From Scyliorhinus canicula (taxonomy: Eukaryota), in assembly GCF_902713615.1 (NCBI RefSeq), contig NW_024055500.1, forward strand, positions 248,001 through 312,000: a stretch of 64,000 bases of DNA, written 5' to 3'. How positions within the stretch are numbered: the first letter of the stretch is position 1; every line of letters starts with the position of its first letter. The notes under the pieces were generated by a model, which saw only the letters and a program-made list of their open reading frames with translations, was not told the origin of the DNA and searched no databases. Position numbers and translations under genes: made by a program. Shown one piece after another: positions 1 to 12,879 of the stretch.

Positions 1-225
1 TGTCTATCTATGTATCTATTTGTCTATTTCTCTTTCTAGCTCTATCTATCGTGATCTATCTATCTGTCTGTCTTTTTGTCTATCTATCTATCTGTCTACT
101 TGTCTATCTATCTGTCTACTTGTCTATCTCTCTCTCTCTCTCTCTCTTTCTATCTATATCTACTTTTCTATCGATCTATCTATCTGTCTACTTGTCTATC
201 TATCTTTCTACTTGTCTATCAATAT
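1..225. repeat. (TCTA)n/(CT)n microsatellite
   Basis: Direct reading of the sequence. Confidence 0.95.
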
Positions 226-351
226 TCAATATTCGGCAAGTGTTAACGATTTAACTTGGTCACCACGGTAACAGGATAGAGTTAATTTCTAAGACGGTCT
301 GTGCACTTTGAACTGGACATAAGAGTTTGTGTCCTGGGCTGTCATACTGTG

Positions 352-408
352 TGAATGATGTCTATGAACTATCATTCGGATCAGGCACCAAACTGCTTGT
401 GCAGCCGA
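352..408 (+). CDS. TRAJ: J-alpha segment NDVYELSFGSGTKLLVQP
   Basis: RSS agtttgtgt-12-tactgtg (324-351); FGXG; donor gtaagt. Confidence 0.9.
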
Positions 409-1354
409 GTAAGTGAAGTTTAATTCCGAATTATTGTGGTATTAACAATCAAAGCAAAAAAATTCCTGAGTTCATCGCAGGCAAACGACCATCAAGAGAT
501 TTTGAATCGGGGTGAGGAACATTTCTCTGGGATACAAATGGCCCACGGTCCATTTCGTGAAGGTCAGCAATATTCCAGAGAGGATTTCACTTGTCAATTC
601 AAGACGCGTAAATCCAATTCAGGAGAAATCTCTGGACTCAAAGAATGGTGACACTGTGGAATTCAGTGGCACATAAATTAGTTGAGAGGGGATAACCTAG
701 CGATTAAAAAATGAAAAGGTGGGGGGGGGGGGGGGGAATAGACGATAGACAAGAACAGGTGAGACAGATATGATGATGTGGAGATGCCGGCGTTGGACTG
801 GGGTGAGCACAGTAAGAAGTCTTGAAATCAAATGAAAATCACTTATTGTCACAAGTAGGCTTCAATGAAGTTACTCTGAAAAGCCCCTAGTCGCCACATT
901 CCGGCACCTGTTCGGGGAGGCTGGTACGGGAATCGAACCGTGCTGCTGGCCTGCCTTGGTCTGCTTTCAAAGCCAGCGATTTAGCCCAGTGTGCTAAACC
1001 AGCCCCACACAACACCAGGTTAAAGTCCAACGTGTTTGTTTCAAACACTAGCTTTCGGAGCACTGCTCCTTCCTCACCTGACGAAGGAGCTCCGAAAGCC
1101 AGTGTTTGAAACAAACATGTTGGACTTTGTGTCCTCTGGTTCTAGTTTTTCCTGCAAGTGGAACCATCCTCTCCACGTCAACTCTATCCAGGCCTCGCAG
1201 TATCCTGTAAGTTTCAATGAGATCCCCTCCATCTTTCGAAGCTCCATCGAGTACAGACCCAGAATCCTCATTTGACAAGATCTTCATTCCGGGCATCATT
1301 CTTGTGAACCTCCTCTGGACCCTCTCCAGCGACCTTAGATATTAATACGCATTA

Positions 1355-1590
1355 ATACAGACCCTGGAATAATTAAAGAAAATGGGCGTGCTTAATAAAT
1401 AACCTGTAAAGATTCAACTACCTGCAAAAACTCCCATTCAAAGTATCATCTTGCATCATTGACTTTGTCTATATATGTGGTTGTGGAACCCGTCTCTTCA
1501 TTCACCTGAGGAAGGAGCTGCGCTCCGAAAGCTGGTGATTCGAAACAAACCTGTTGGACATTAACCTGGTGTTGCAAGACTTCTTACTGT
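1355..1590. mobile_element. Probable Penelope-like terminal fragment; related pieces at 770-830, 1010-1120 and 38030-38120
   Basis: Recurrent cacctgaggaaggagctgcgctccgaaagct..aaacctgttggac motif. Family assignment is tentative. Confidence 0.45.
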
Positions 1591-1732
1591 AATATTAAAT
1601 AGGTGCATTTCTAAAAATGTGGATGTAAAATGAGAAGGTAAAGTGGCCCCTGTTACTGTAACTTGCTAAGGCTAATTAAAGAACGAGGACCAATTGAGCC
1701 GGGAGGTTTTTGTTAGCCAATGTAGGGCTGTG

Positions 1733-1792
1733 TGAATGTTCAGAACCTCAAGCTAATATTTGGAAGTGGCAGCAGGCTCACGGTGAAACCCA
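1733..1792 (+). CDS. TRAJ: J-alpha segment NVQNLKLIFGSGSRLTVKP
   Basis: RSS ggtttttgt-12-ggctgtg (1705-1732); donor gtaagt. Confidence 0.93.
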
Positions 1793-1825
1793 GTAAGTCT
1801 TGTAACTTGGAACAATGCGATTTAA

Positions 1826-2165
1826 GGGGCAGCACGGTAGCATTGTGGTTAGCGCAATTGCTTCACAGCTCCAGGGTCCCAGGTTCGATTCCCGGCTTGG
1901 GTCACTGTGTGCGGAGTCTGCACATCCTCCCCATGTCTGCGTGGGTTTCCTCCGGGTGCTCCGGTTTCCTCCCACAGTCCAAGGATATGCAGGTTAGGTG
2001 GATTGGCCGTGATAAATTGCCCTTAATGTCCAAAATTGCCCTTCGTGTTGGGTGGGGTTACTGGGTTATGGGGTGGAGTTGTGGGCTCGGGAAGGGTGCT
2101 CTTTGCAAGAGCCGGTGCAGACTCGATGGGCCGAATGGCCTCCTTCTGCACTGGAAATTCTATTG
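1826..2165 (+). mobile_element. HE1-like (V-SINE core) tRNA-derived SINE, representative copy
   Basis: ggcagcacggtagc..ggttcgattcccggc..gggtttcctccgggtgctccggtttcctcccacagtccaaagatgtg core with a 3' tail shared with CR1. More than 20 copies across the window, e.g. near 3006, 4345, 9250(-), 14200, 15712, 16870(-), 23320(-), 29845, 38545, 51520(-), 58315 and 60330. Confidence 0.85.
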
Positions 2166-2487
2166 CAAATAATAATTGTGAGAAATGAAATGAAATGAAA
2201 ATGGCTTATTGTCACGAGTAGGCTTCAAAGAAGTTACTGTGAAAAGCCCCTAGTCGCCACATTCCGGCGCCTGTCCGGGGAGGCTGGTACGGGAATCGAA
2301 CCGTGTTGCTGGTCTGCTTTGAAAGCCAGCGATTTAGCCCAGTGTGCTAAACCATGAAGGCAGTGCTGCGGATAATCTAGAATGCAGTCGCTTTCGATGG
2401 CTGAGTGTTTGAGCATAATCCCAGCCAGGGCAAAGAATCACTCCAGTTAATCTGAAGAGAGTTTTTGCCAACAGGCGCAATGCTGTG

Positions 2488-2550
2488 TGAATGGCGGGGC
2501 AGCCCGTCAACTTAGCTTTGGAAAGGGGACAAAGTTAACTGTGGTGCCAA
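2488..2550 (+). CDS. TRAJ: J-alpha segment NGGAARQLSFGKGTKLTVVP
   Basis: RSS agtttttgc-12-tgctgtg; donor gtaggt. Confidence 0.93.
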
Positions 2551-3930
2551 GTAGGTATCCATTAATTACTGTCAACTCACGCATAAATGTCTGTGTTTTC
2601 TCCACGATGAAGCAAATAATTTTCCCAGATGTTTTCCATCACGTTTCTCCTTTTCAAAGCTTGTCGCTTACTATTGAGAGAATTTGAATATTGAAGTAGG
2701 GCTGTTATGCTTTAGGTGTACAGGAAACAGGCGAGTCTGTACCTGGAGTATTGTGTACACTATTGGGATCCTTGTTTGAGGGAGGATGTAAATGTGCGAG
2801 ATGCAGTTCTGAGAAGGTTTACTGATACCAGGAATGGGCAAGTTGTCTTATGAGGAAAGTTGGGCTAGGTTTCATCTGCTGGAGTTCAGAAGATTGGGGG
2901 GCAACTCGATTGAATCCTTTAGGATGCTGAGGGGCACTGATAGGAGGGATGGGGAGAGGATGTTTCCTCTTGTGGGAAAATCTAGAACCTAAACTCTTTT
3001 AAAGTGGGCAGCACCGTCGCACAGTGGTTAGCGCAACTGCTTCACGGGTCCCAGGTTCGATTCCCGGCTTGGGTCACTGTCTGTGCGGAGTCTGCACGTT
3101 CTCCCCGTGTGCGTGGGTTTCCTCCGGGTGCTCCGGTTTCCTCCCACAGTCCAAAGATGTGCAGGTTAGGTGGGTTGGCCATGATAAATTGTCCCTTAGT
3201 GTCCAAAATTACCCCTTGTGTTGGGTGGGGTTACGGGGATAGGTTGGAGATGTGGGCTTGGGTAGGGTGCTCTTTCCAAGAGCCGGTGCAGACTCGATGG
3301 GCCAAATGGCCTCCTTCTCTACTGTAAATTCTATGAAAAAAAACAGGCTTTGGCAAAGAGTCATCGGACTGGAAACTTTGACAAAGAGTCATCGGGCTCG
3401 AAACGTTAGCCCTTTTCTCTCCCTACAGATGCTGCCAGACCTGCTGAGAATTTCCAGCATTTTCTCTCTCTCTCTCTCTCTTTTAAACAGCAGCTGGATA
3501 TGTACCTTAAGTGCTGTAAACTACAGGGAAATGGATAGGGTGCAGGAAGGTGGGATTAGAAAGGGGTGTCCTCTGGGCTGGCATAGACAAGATGGGCCGA
3601 CTGATCTCCCCCTGTGCTGTAACTTTTCTATGGTTCTATGGGTGAAACATGATGATTGTCAGATTTAAAATGCATGCAGGGAGGTCAAACAAAACTAATT
3701 GCCTTGGTTGCAAAATCAGTGCGAACATCCATTGATGCCTCTATGTATTTATGTACCTGTGTGCAGATTGTGAATCCCGAATAGATTATTCCTAAATGCA
3801 GATAGATTAACAGACAGAGAGAGATAGGTGTGAAAATGAATGGGTGCAACGCATAGGCAAAGTGGAGTCTGTCACTGTGAATAATCAATAATTCAATCCG
3901 GAGGTTTTTGTTAACTAGCGTAGGACTGTG

Positions 3931-3990
3931 TGAATACTGGGAACTTCAAGACCATTTTTGGAAGTGGAACACAGCTCATTGTGGAACCTA
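3931..3990 (+). CDS. TRAJ: J-alpha segment NTGNFKTIFGSGTQLIVEP
   Basis: RSS ggtttttgt-12-gactgtg; donor gtaagt. Confidence 0.93.
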
Positions 3991-4180
3991 GTAAGTGTTT
4001 CTTTTGAAAGAATATTATTACAAATGCAAGCAAGGAAGATATGTCAAGAATAATTCAGCAAGTATAATAATTCTCTTGCTGCGAGATATTGAGTGGTTGA
4101 AGTGAGACTGAGGGTAAAGTGGTAGTTAGGCAGTTGGGAAGCAGGACTCTCAAGTTGTTGTAGAAGGATAAGTTACTGTG

Positions 4181-4243
4181 TGAATGCTGGAGGTTACAGT
4201 AAAATGGTCTTTGGACGTGGAACCGCAGTGATTGTTAATCCCG
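4181..4243 (+). CDS. TRAJ: J-alpha segment NAGGYSKMVFGRGTAVIVNP
   Basis: RSS agttgttgt-12-tactgtg; donor gtaagg. Confidence 0.92.
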
Positions 4244-5936
4244 GTAAGGCAAAAAAGCTTGTTCCTCAGAATGATTACATCATTTTTTTTGCAAAATAGT
4301 CATAGATACTGGCCAGGAAATGTACAGATGCTCAATCACCAAGTTGATGGTAGCATCCTGGTTAGCACAATTGCTTCACAGCTCCGGGTCCCAGGTTCGA
4401 TTCCCGGCTTGGGTCACTGTCTGTGCGGAGTCTGCACGTCCTCCCTGTGTGTGTGCGTGGGTTTCCTCCGGGTGCTCCGGTTTCCTCCCACAGTCCAAAG
4501 ATGTGCAGGTTAGGTGGATTGGCCATGCTAAATTGCCCTTAGTGTTGGGTGGGGGTATTGGGTTATGGGGATAGAACATAGAACAAAGAAATTTACAGAA
4601 CAGAAACAGGCCCTTCGGCCCTCCCTAGCCTGCGCCGATCCAGATCCTTTATCTAAACCTGTTGCCTATTTTCCAAGGTCTACTTCTCTCTGTTCCCCAC
4701 CCGTTCATATATCTGTCCAGATGCATCTTAAATGATTCTCTCGTACCCGCCTCTACCACCTCCGCTGGCAAAGCGTTCCAGGCACCCACCACCCTCTGCG
4801 TAAAAAACTTCCCACGCACATCTCCCTTAAACTTTCCCCCTCTCACCTTGAAATCGTGACCACTTGTAATTGACACCCCCACTCTTGGGAAAAGCTTGTT
4901 GCTATCCACCCTGTCCATACCTCGCATAATTTTGTAGACCTCAATCAGGTCCCCCCTCAACCTCCGTCTTTACAATGAAAACAATCCTAAAGAAAGAAAA
5001 ACAATCCTAAAGAAAGGTGGAGATGTGGGCCTGATTTGGCTGCTCCTTCTAAGAGCTGGTGCAGACTCGATGGGCCGAATGGCCTCCTTCTGCACTGTAA
5101 ATTCTATGATAATAATAAGACATATTCGTACATGGACTAAATATGTAATGACATCATAGGACATTGGTTGAACCTGAATGAGATGTCAAATATGCAATAT
5201 TCAATTGTTTTAATAAATTGGCGGATCGATAATCCATAAATATAATTTACAATTAATTCTGGAGATAGTCTATGTTCTTGCATCAACTGTAATCCCAGAT
5301 TATGGTCCATTAGTCCAGGTGCTGGTTTAGCTCACTGGGCTAAATAGCTGGCTTGTGTTGCAGCACAGGTTCAATTCCCATACCAGCCTCCCTGAACAGG
5401 CGTCGGAATGTGGTGACTAGGGGCTGTTCACAGTAACTTCACTGAAGCCTACTCGTGACAATAAGCCATTAATATTATTTCAGATGGAGAGTGGGACCTC
5501 TGGTGCACGAGTAATGATGTCTGACCCAATGTCCGTCCACTGGCTTCCTTAAGTTGATTGAAGTTGTGTTAAGTTTTGAATCATTTGCCTGGGAAACTAA
5601 ATTTATGATTTAACAGTTAATATGCACCCTAATTATTCACCTATATGCAGAGTTGCATAGACGCCTGTTCGGGGAGGCTGGTACGGGAATTGAACCCACG
5701 CTGCTGCCTTGTTCTGCATTACAAGCCAGCGATTTGGCCCAGTGTGCTAAACCAGCCCAATATATAACCAAGGGAATAATTCAGGAAAGTGGTAAGCGAG
5801 TGCATGCACCACCACAAGCAAACCTGCTCTCCAACAGGGCGTAATGGCCAAATATTAACCCTTCAACAGAAAGAAACCAACTAAAGTCCCGGGAGTTAAT
5901 CTGAAGGAGGTTTCTGCTAAAGGACCCAACACTGTG

Positions 5937-5993
5937 TGAATGTCGGCAATGAGCTGATCTTTGGAAAGGGCACAAAACTATTGGTGGAGCCAG
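5937..5993 (+). CDS. TRAJ: J-alpha segment NVGNELIFGKGTKLLVEP
   Basis: RSS ggtttctgc-12-cactgtg; donor gtagga. Confidence 0.92.
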
Positions 5994-7390
5994 GTAGGAG
6001 ATCGTTCATAACATATCCAGGAACTGGGACGTTGGGAAATAAACCGAGTGTCAATTTCACTCTCCTTAAATTGAGATGAGACGAGTTTAAGTTTCTGAAC
6101 TCGGGGAGTAAGGTGCACATGTCTGTCCTCTGGAATGAATCAAGGGCTTCCTCCGGTACGTGCAACATTCCTGAATAATGGAGTGTGGCACTTGCTCTCC
6201 TGAAAAAAATGAAGTGAAACGAAAATGGCTTATTGTCACAAGGAGGCTTCAAAGTGAAGTTACTGTGAAAAGCCCCTAGTCGCCACATTCCGGCGCCTGT
6301 TCGGGGAGGCCGGTACGGGAATCGAACCGTGCTGTTGGCCTGCCTCGGTCCGCTTTCAAAGCCAGCGATTTAGCCCAGTGTGCTAAACCAGCCCCTGATC
6401 TCGTGTGGATTATTTGAGGCGAGCAGTGTGTGTGTGTGTGTGGGGCGAAGAGGCAGCTGGACAAATGGAACAGGCAGCAAGAAATAGGAGGGAGTGCAGA
6501 GGGAGATTGATTAGGGATGTTGGGAGGGATGGAAAGTTTCAGCTACGGGGAGGGACTGGGGGTGTATTCCCCGGACCAGAGGAGGCTGAGTGGGGGGAGA
6601 GGGGGAGGGGGAGGTTGGGGGAATCTGATAGCGTTGCAAAAAAAAATGCTGCGAGGCATAGATGTAGATCGTAAGAATATTTTCCCCATGGATGAGGTGC
6701 GTAAGACGTCAAGGCATAGTAGCTATGGAGCAAGCACTGGTAAATGGGATTAGTATAGATTGGTATTTTATGGTCAATTTGGCGTGGAGGCCGAATGGCC
6801 TGTTTATGTGCTGTATGACTCTATAATTCTATAACTCTATGACTGTTTGCTTGGAGTAGATAAAGGGGAAAGGCGTGTATGTGGCTCAACTCGTGAAATA
6901 GACCATTTGGATGTGATAGCTTGCCTGTTTGCTGCACATCCTCTCCCATAATATTCCTTAATTTAAAAAATAATTCATGAACATTGAGCCAATATGATTG
7001 CCAAGGGATGCCTGCATTAAGTCATCATTCCTATCAATATACAAATGAGTAGATGAAAATATATGTGTAAATGAAAAGGTAAAATAGGTGCATGGTTCAT
7101 TTAACTGTGACGATGTGCAATGGATAGGGCAGCACGGTGGCGCAGTGGTTAGCACTGTGGCCTCACGGTGCCGAGGTCCCAGGTTCCATCCCGGCTCTGG
7201 GTCACTGTCCGTGTGGAGTTTGCACATTCTCCCCGTGTTTGCGTGGGTTTCGCCCCCAAAAATGTGCAAGCTAGGTGGATTGGCCACGCGAAATTGCCCC
7301 TTAATTGGGAAATATGGGTACTCCAAATTTATTTTTTTTAAAAGATGGTCATTAAATCGGAAGGTTTTAGTGAGGCACACTAGCGTTGTC

Positions 7391-7446
7391 TGCAGTATAC
7401 GGACAAGCTTATTTTGGAAGAGGGACCAATCTCATTGTGGAATCCA
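7391..7446 (+). pseudogene. TRAJ: J-alpha segment with defective heptamer (AVYGQAYFGRGTNLIVES)
   Basis: Nonamer ggttttagt-12-cgttgtc lacks the terminal GTG; open frame and gtaagt donor retained. Confidence 0.75.
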
Positions 7447-7643
7447 GTAAGTGATCGAATTTGTAAGAATAACAATAGAAGGCCAATTAAAAATAAATAT
7501 GGCCTTGCCATGATTAATCTAGGAAAGATAAAAATTGGATCCCTTCGGCCAGTCAATGAGTTTGAGAATAAGTGAGCATTGATACCAGTGGTACATTGGA
7601 ATAAACGCTCTTCAGAGTTCTTGTAAAGGGAAAAGCTACTGTG

Positions 7644-7706
7644 TGGATGCATCCGGACACAGTAAAATGATATTTGGAAGAGGCACAAAACTCACTGTTA
7701 ATCCTG
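7644..7706 (+). CDS. TRAJ: J-alpha segment DASGHSKMIFGRGTKLTVNP
   Basis: RSS agttcttgt-12-tactgtg; donor gtaaga. Confidence 0.92.
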
Positions 7707-7779
7707 GTAAGATCTCATTTATTGCTCTTCAAGGTAATATGTCAACAAGTTTATAAGCAATTTCTGAATTGGAACATAG

Positions 7780-8760
7780 AGAAATACAGCACAGAACAGG
7801 CCCTTCGCCCACGATGTTGTGCCGAACTTTTGTCCCAGATTAAGAACAAATTAATCTACACTCCATCATTCTACCGTAATCCATGTAGCTATCCAATAGC
7901 CGCTTGAAGGTCCCTAATGTTTCCGACTCAACTACTTCCACAGGCAGTGCATTCCATACCCCCACTACTCTCTGGGTAAAGAACCTACCTCTGACATCCC
8001 CCCTATATCTTCCACCATTCACCTTAAATTTATGTCCCCTTGTAATGGTTTGTTCCTCCCGGGGAAAAAGTCTCTGACTGTCTACTCTATCTATTTCCCT
8101 GATCATCTTATAAACATCTATCAAGCCGCCCCACATCCTTCTGAAAAAAATGAGATGAAAATCAGTTATTGTCACGAGTAGGCTTCAAATGAAGTTACTG
8201 TGAAAAGCCCCTAGTCACCACATTCCGGCGCCTGTCCGGGGAGGCTGGTACGGGAATCGAACCGTGCTGCTGGCCTGCTTTAAAAGCCAGCGATTTAGCC
8301 CAGTGAGCTAAACCAGCCCCTTCTCCGTTCTAATGAGAAAAGGCCGAGCACCCTCAACCTTTCCTCGTAAGTCCTACTCTCCATTCCAGGCAACATCCTG
8401 GTAAATCTCCTTTGCACCTTTTCCAAAGCTTCCACATCCTTCCTAAAATGAGGCGACCAGAACTGCACACAGTACTCCAAATGTGGCCTGACCAAGGTTT
8501 TGTACAGCTGCATCATCACCTCACGGCTCTTAAATCCAATCCCTCTGCTAATGAACGCTAGCACACCATGGGCCTTCTTCACGGCTCTATCCACTGGAGT
8601 TTTAACTTTCAAAGATCTATGAACACAGACCCCAAGGTCTCTCTGCTCCTCCACTTTGCCAAGAACCCTACCGTTAACCCTGTATTCCGCATTCATATTT
8701 GTCCTTCCGAAATGGACCACCTCACACTTGTCAGGGTTAAACTCCATCTGCCACTTCTCA
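7780..8760 (-). mobile_element. CR1-type LINE fragment interrupted by a SINE
   Basis: WAEKWQMEFNPDKCEV..LVRPHLEYCVQFWSP motifs. Confidence 0.9.
8148..8321 (-). mobile_element. tRNA-derived SINE family B (about 175 bp, (TTTCA)n tail), representative copy inserted in a CR1 fragment
   Basis: Minus strand reads ggggctggtttagctcactggg..ggttcgattcc (A/B box-like) and ends in gtgacaataa plus a tail. Other minus copies near 830, 2185, 6205, 9580, 13775, 15530, 31230, 31570, 41700 and 52555. Plus copies near 5318 and 14600; 3' fragments at 32090, 33972 and 35843. Confidence 0.85.
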
Positions 8761-9763
8761 GCCCAGCTCAAAATTCTGCTCAAACATTCCAGAAGTGTGT
8801 GAAACCAACTGAGCCCAAAGTGAATGGAAAGAGAGGGGAGTTAGCAAAATCAGCATTGGCTAATAGAGCATGGATCATTTTGGCAATAATATTTACACTT
8901 AGACTAGGTCAAACATCTGGACTGACAGATAAAGCTGCCTAAATGTTGTTGACAAGCTCATATTTATATTTGAAATGAACCTGAAAGTCGAACCTATTAA
9001 CTGAAGTTTAATTCTGAATGAACAACAATGACAATGGTCTAAACAATACTTTGTTAGCCAATACCATCAGTTATTTACCACTGGAGTATAAAGGCAAAGA
9101 GGTGTTACTTCAAGGTACTAATGAGGCTGTAGTTACAGTTACTGTGGACAGTTTAGGGTCCACTTATTTAAGGGATTATACATCATTAGAGGCAGCACAG
9201 AGGAGGTTTATTAGGATGACCCCAGGGACAGAAATATGAGGAAAGATTCATAGATGGAATTTGCAGTGCGGAAGGAGGCCATTCGGCCCATCGAGTCTGC
9301 ACCGGCCCTTGGAAAGCGCACTCCACCCAAGCCCACACACCTCCACCCTATCCCCGTAACCCAGTAACCCCACCCAACCCTTTTGGACACCCAAGGGCAA
9401 TTTAGCGCGGCCAATCCACCCTAACCTGCACATCTTTGGACTGTGGGAGGAAACCGGAGCACCCGGAGGAAACCCACGCACACACAGTGACCCAAACCGG
9501 GAATCGGACCTGGGACCCCATGAGCTGTGAAGCGACAGTGCTAGCTACTGTGCTGCAGAGAAATAAGACCAGATAAGACTTGAAATGAAAACGAAAATGA
9601 CTTATTGTCACGAGTAGGCTTCAAATGAAGTTACTGTGAGAAGCCCCTAGTCGCCACATTCCGGCCCCTGTTCGGGGAGGCCGGTACGGGACTGAATGGG
9701 AGTCGAGCAGCTGAATCATTGAAGAATGAGCAAGTACTTTTTGTTGAGGGGTTTAATAGTGTG

Positions 9764-9823
9764 TGAATACTAACTCATACAACTTGATATTTGGAGCTGG
9801 GACAACACTCACAGTTCAACCCA
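9764..9823 (+). CDS. TRAJ: J-alpha segment NTNSYNLIFGAGTTLTVQP
   Basis: RSS actttttgt-12-tagtgtg; donor gtaagt. Confidence 0.92.
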
Positions 9824-11346
9824 GTAAGTAATTTTTCATCTCAATATCCGTTCATTTTCTCCCTCCAATCAGCTGTCAAATAAATTGCATTAAGTCGCTT
9901 CTTTGCATTTCCATAATTGGGCAATTTCAAACTCCTGTCCAGCAGAATTGACGCTGTCTTTCTTTAAACCACCAGCACTGAGGTGGGTGCAATTTCTGAC
10001 TCTCCAAATAACGTGAAGAGTTAGTTAGTCCTCAGATTCGAACCTACGGTCTTACAATTTTGGCAGTATTCACTGAACAGCAGTTCCTTGATGCGATGAG
10101 CTGACGCGTTGCGTTGATTTGCAACATTTTCCATCGCTCTCAATTTTCCGCTCAAGGGCTCTGCAGGAATCGTACATGAAACCGAACTGGTCTATATTTC
10201 TGCTTTGCGAAACAGTGTCGCAACACTGAGCAACTGCAGCCCCATGACTCGTGGTCGGTCTTTGCTCGAGTTGAGAAGATTGGTGTGGGTTTAATTTTCA
10301 ATAAAGAGATGCCAAAAATGGTTCACCCAGTGTGATGATCAACCGGTAAATCAGAAACCGCTCTCAAATGTGTACTGCTTCAATTCAATCCGGATGGCAC
10401 GGTAGCACAGCGGTTAGCACTGCTGCCTCACAGCTCCAGGGACCCGGGTTCAATTCCAGCCTTGGGTGACTGTGTGGAATTTTCACATTGAGTATAAGAA
10501 TTGGCAAGTCATGTTGCAGCTGTATAGAACCTTAGTTAGGCCACACTTGGAGTATAGTGTTCAATTCTGGTCGCCACACTACCAGAAGGATGTGGAGGCT
10601 TTAGAGAGGGCGCAGAAGAGATTTACCAGGATGTTGCCTGGTATGGAGGGCATTAGCTATGAGGAGCGGTTGAATAAACTCGGTTTGTTCTCACTGGAAC
10701 GACGGAGGTTGAGATGCACCATAGAAAGCATTCTTTCTGGTTGTATCCCAGCCTGGTATGGAGCCTGCTCTGCCCAAGACAGCAGGAAACTACAAAAGGT
10801 CGTGAATGTAGCCCAGTCCATCACACAAACCAGCCTCCCATCCATTGACTCTATCTATCATTCCCGCTTCCTCAGAAAGGCAGCCAGTGTAATTAAGGAC
10901 CCCCACGCACCCCGGACATACTCTCTTCCACCTTCTTCCGTCAGGAAAAAGATATGAAAGTTTGAGGTCGCATACCAACCGACTCAAGAACAGCTTCTTC
11001 CCCACTGCCATCAGACTTTTGAATGGACCTACCTCGTAATAAGTTGATCTTTTCTCTGCAACGTGCTATAACTGTAACATTATATTCTGCAGTCTCTCCT
11101 TCCTTCCTTATATACGGTATGCATTGTTTGTCCAGCATGCAAGACCCAATACTTTTCACTGTAGACATGTGACAATAATAAATCAAATCAAATCTAAAAT
11201 AGAAATGGCTCATCAAATCTCAATGGCCATTTAAAAACCCTTTGGACCGTCTCTTGCTTGTAGCAAGTGGAACCCTTCCCAGAAGGGCTAAATGAGCCAC
11301 CAGAGTTAATCTGAATAGGGTTTTTGCTCAAGGGTGCCCTGCTGTG

Positions 11347-11409
11347 TGAATATTGGAGTTAACAATCAGCTTATCTTTGGAGAAGGGACGACAGTAACTG
11401 TGGAGCCAA
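11347..11409 (+). CDS. TRAJ: J-alpha segment NIGVNNQLIFGEGTTVTVEP (last intact J before TRAC)
   Basis: RSS ggtttttgc-12-tgctgtg; donor gtaggt. Confidence 0.93.
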
Positions 11410-12009
11410 GTAGGTGTTCCATATTAATTATACTCTATCTATTCTAGATATAGATCTGAATGTTCTCTGTACTGCCTGTGCTTGTGTGGTGGAGCCATTG
11501 TCGAGGGCAATAAATGATTAATGGGCAGAGGTACAGGGAACATGCCAGGCAGATGGCATTAAGTCATGATGCTCATTTGGAGAGCTGGAGCGCACACAAA
11601 GGGCCAAACGGCCTCCTTCTGCACCGTAACAATTCTGCGATTCTGCGTGTGTGTAGCACATTATGACGGGAATTCTCCGGGAGTTAGGAAATACCATTGG
11701 CAAGGCGCGGGAAGAAATAATCTCACCACTAGCGATTGGCCAGGAAACATGGGGCTGGGGAACTGAATAATCCGACCCTATAGATCCGTATATATAATAT
11801 ATGTGCATATATATATATATATATATATGACATGAATTGCTGGGAGGAGATATTAGATAGACGAGGGTTGTTTTTCTTAGAACAGAAGGGGTGATCTAAC
11901 TGAGGTGTACCGAATAATGTGGGATCGAGACAGAACGATTTGTTTATCTGAGCCGAAGGGGGCATAGATTTAAGGAGATCGGTAAAAGGGTTCAGAAGGA
12001 AATGGGACA

Positions 12010-12330
12010 ATTATACTGTATATAAATAGATATGATTGCACGTGTACACATATGTACAATTACATATAGATATGCATGTGTGCGTGTACATAATATACAA
12101 TTACATACAAATATGTATGTGTGCGTACACATGGATACAATTACATACAAATATGTATGAGTGTGTGCACATGTATACAATTACATACAAATATGTATGT
12201 ATGTGCAGACATGGATACAATTACATACAAATATATGTGTACACACATACAAATAGACACAAATACATGAGTGTGAACACATATTTTAAAATGCACACAA
12301 ATATATATGTATATATAAATAAATGGTGAT
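12010..12330. repeat. AT-rich minisatellite (tacaattacatacaaatatgtatg.. units)
   Basis: Repeated units of about 40 bp. Confidence 0.85.
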
Positions 12331-12425
12331 ATATCTGTAAAATAAACGGTGATATGAGTAACGGAAGGGTGGGCAAAGACTATTAATGAACACGGAAGGT
12401 ATGTGTGAGGTAGTGTATGGCTGTG

Positions 12426-12481
12426 TGAGTGTTGCAAACTCCAAGCTGACATTTGGACGTGGGACAAGTTAGTCGAACCCA
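12426..12481 (+). pseudogene. TRAJ: J-alpha pseudogene (SVANSKLTFGRGTS*), deletion in FR4
   Basis: RSS ggtatgtgt-12-ggctgtg; frameshift gives TAG before gtcgaaccca|gtgagt. Confidence 0.85.
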
Positions 12482-12683
12482 GTGAGTGTCGGAACCAGAA
12501 GGATTGTTGGCGTAAGGTTGTTTGATAGACATTAAAGGTAAATAATCACCACGGGAATTCGAGAAGGAATGAACATCAGAAGGCGGGGTTATTTTGACTC
12601 ATCGTCAGTGAATGAAAGTGTGAGAGTGGTACATTGGGACCCCAGCACTATCTTGTGTTTTTGGAATGGGATACGTTACCCTG

Positions 12684-12746
12684 GGGGTTTTGGAGGATTG
12701 GGTCAATTACTCTTCAGAGGCAGTGACACGGCCATTGTTAATGCTG
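12684..12746 (+). pseudogene. TRAJ: J-alpha relic (GFGGLGQLLFRGSDTAIVNA)
   Basis: tgtttttgg-12-taccctg (broken heptamer); 63-nt J length; donor GT changed to GG; 258 bp after the preceding J, as in intact J pairs. Confidence 0.55.
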
Positions 12747-12879
12747 GGAAGAACTCGTTCGACTTATTCCTCAAAAGGACCTCGTGGATTAGTTTGCAAT
12801 TATAAATTCTGGTCAAAATAATGTCTTGAATGTCAATAAAATCGAAGAGGGACGAGCTTAAATTAAACTATAGTCTTAC

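Noticed and set aside
10466-10957. 163-aa ORF as a novel gene
   Set aside because: Chance in-frame fusion of a CR1 fragment and a Rex1-like LINE fragment.
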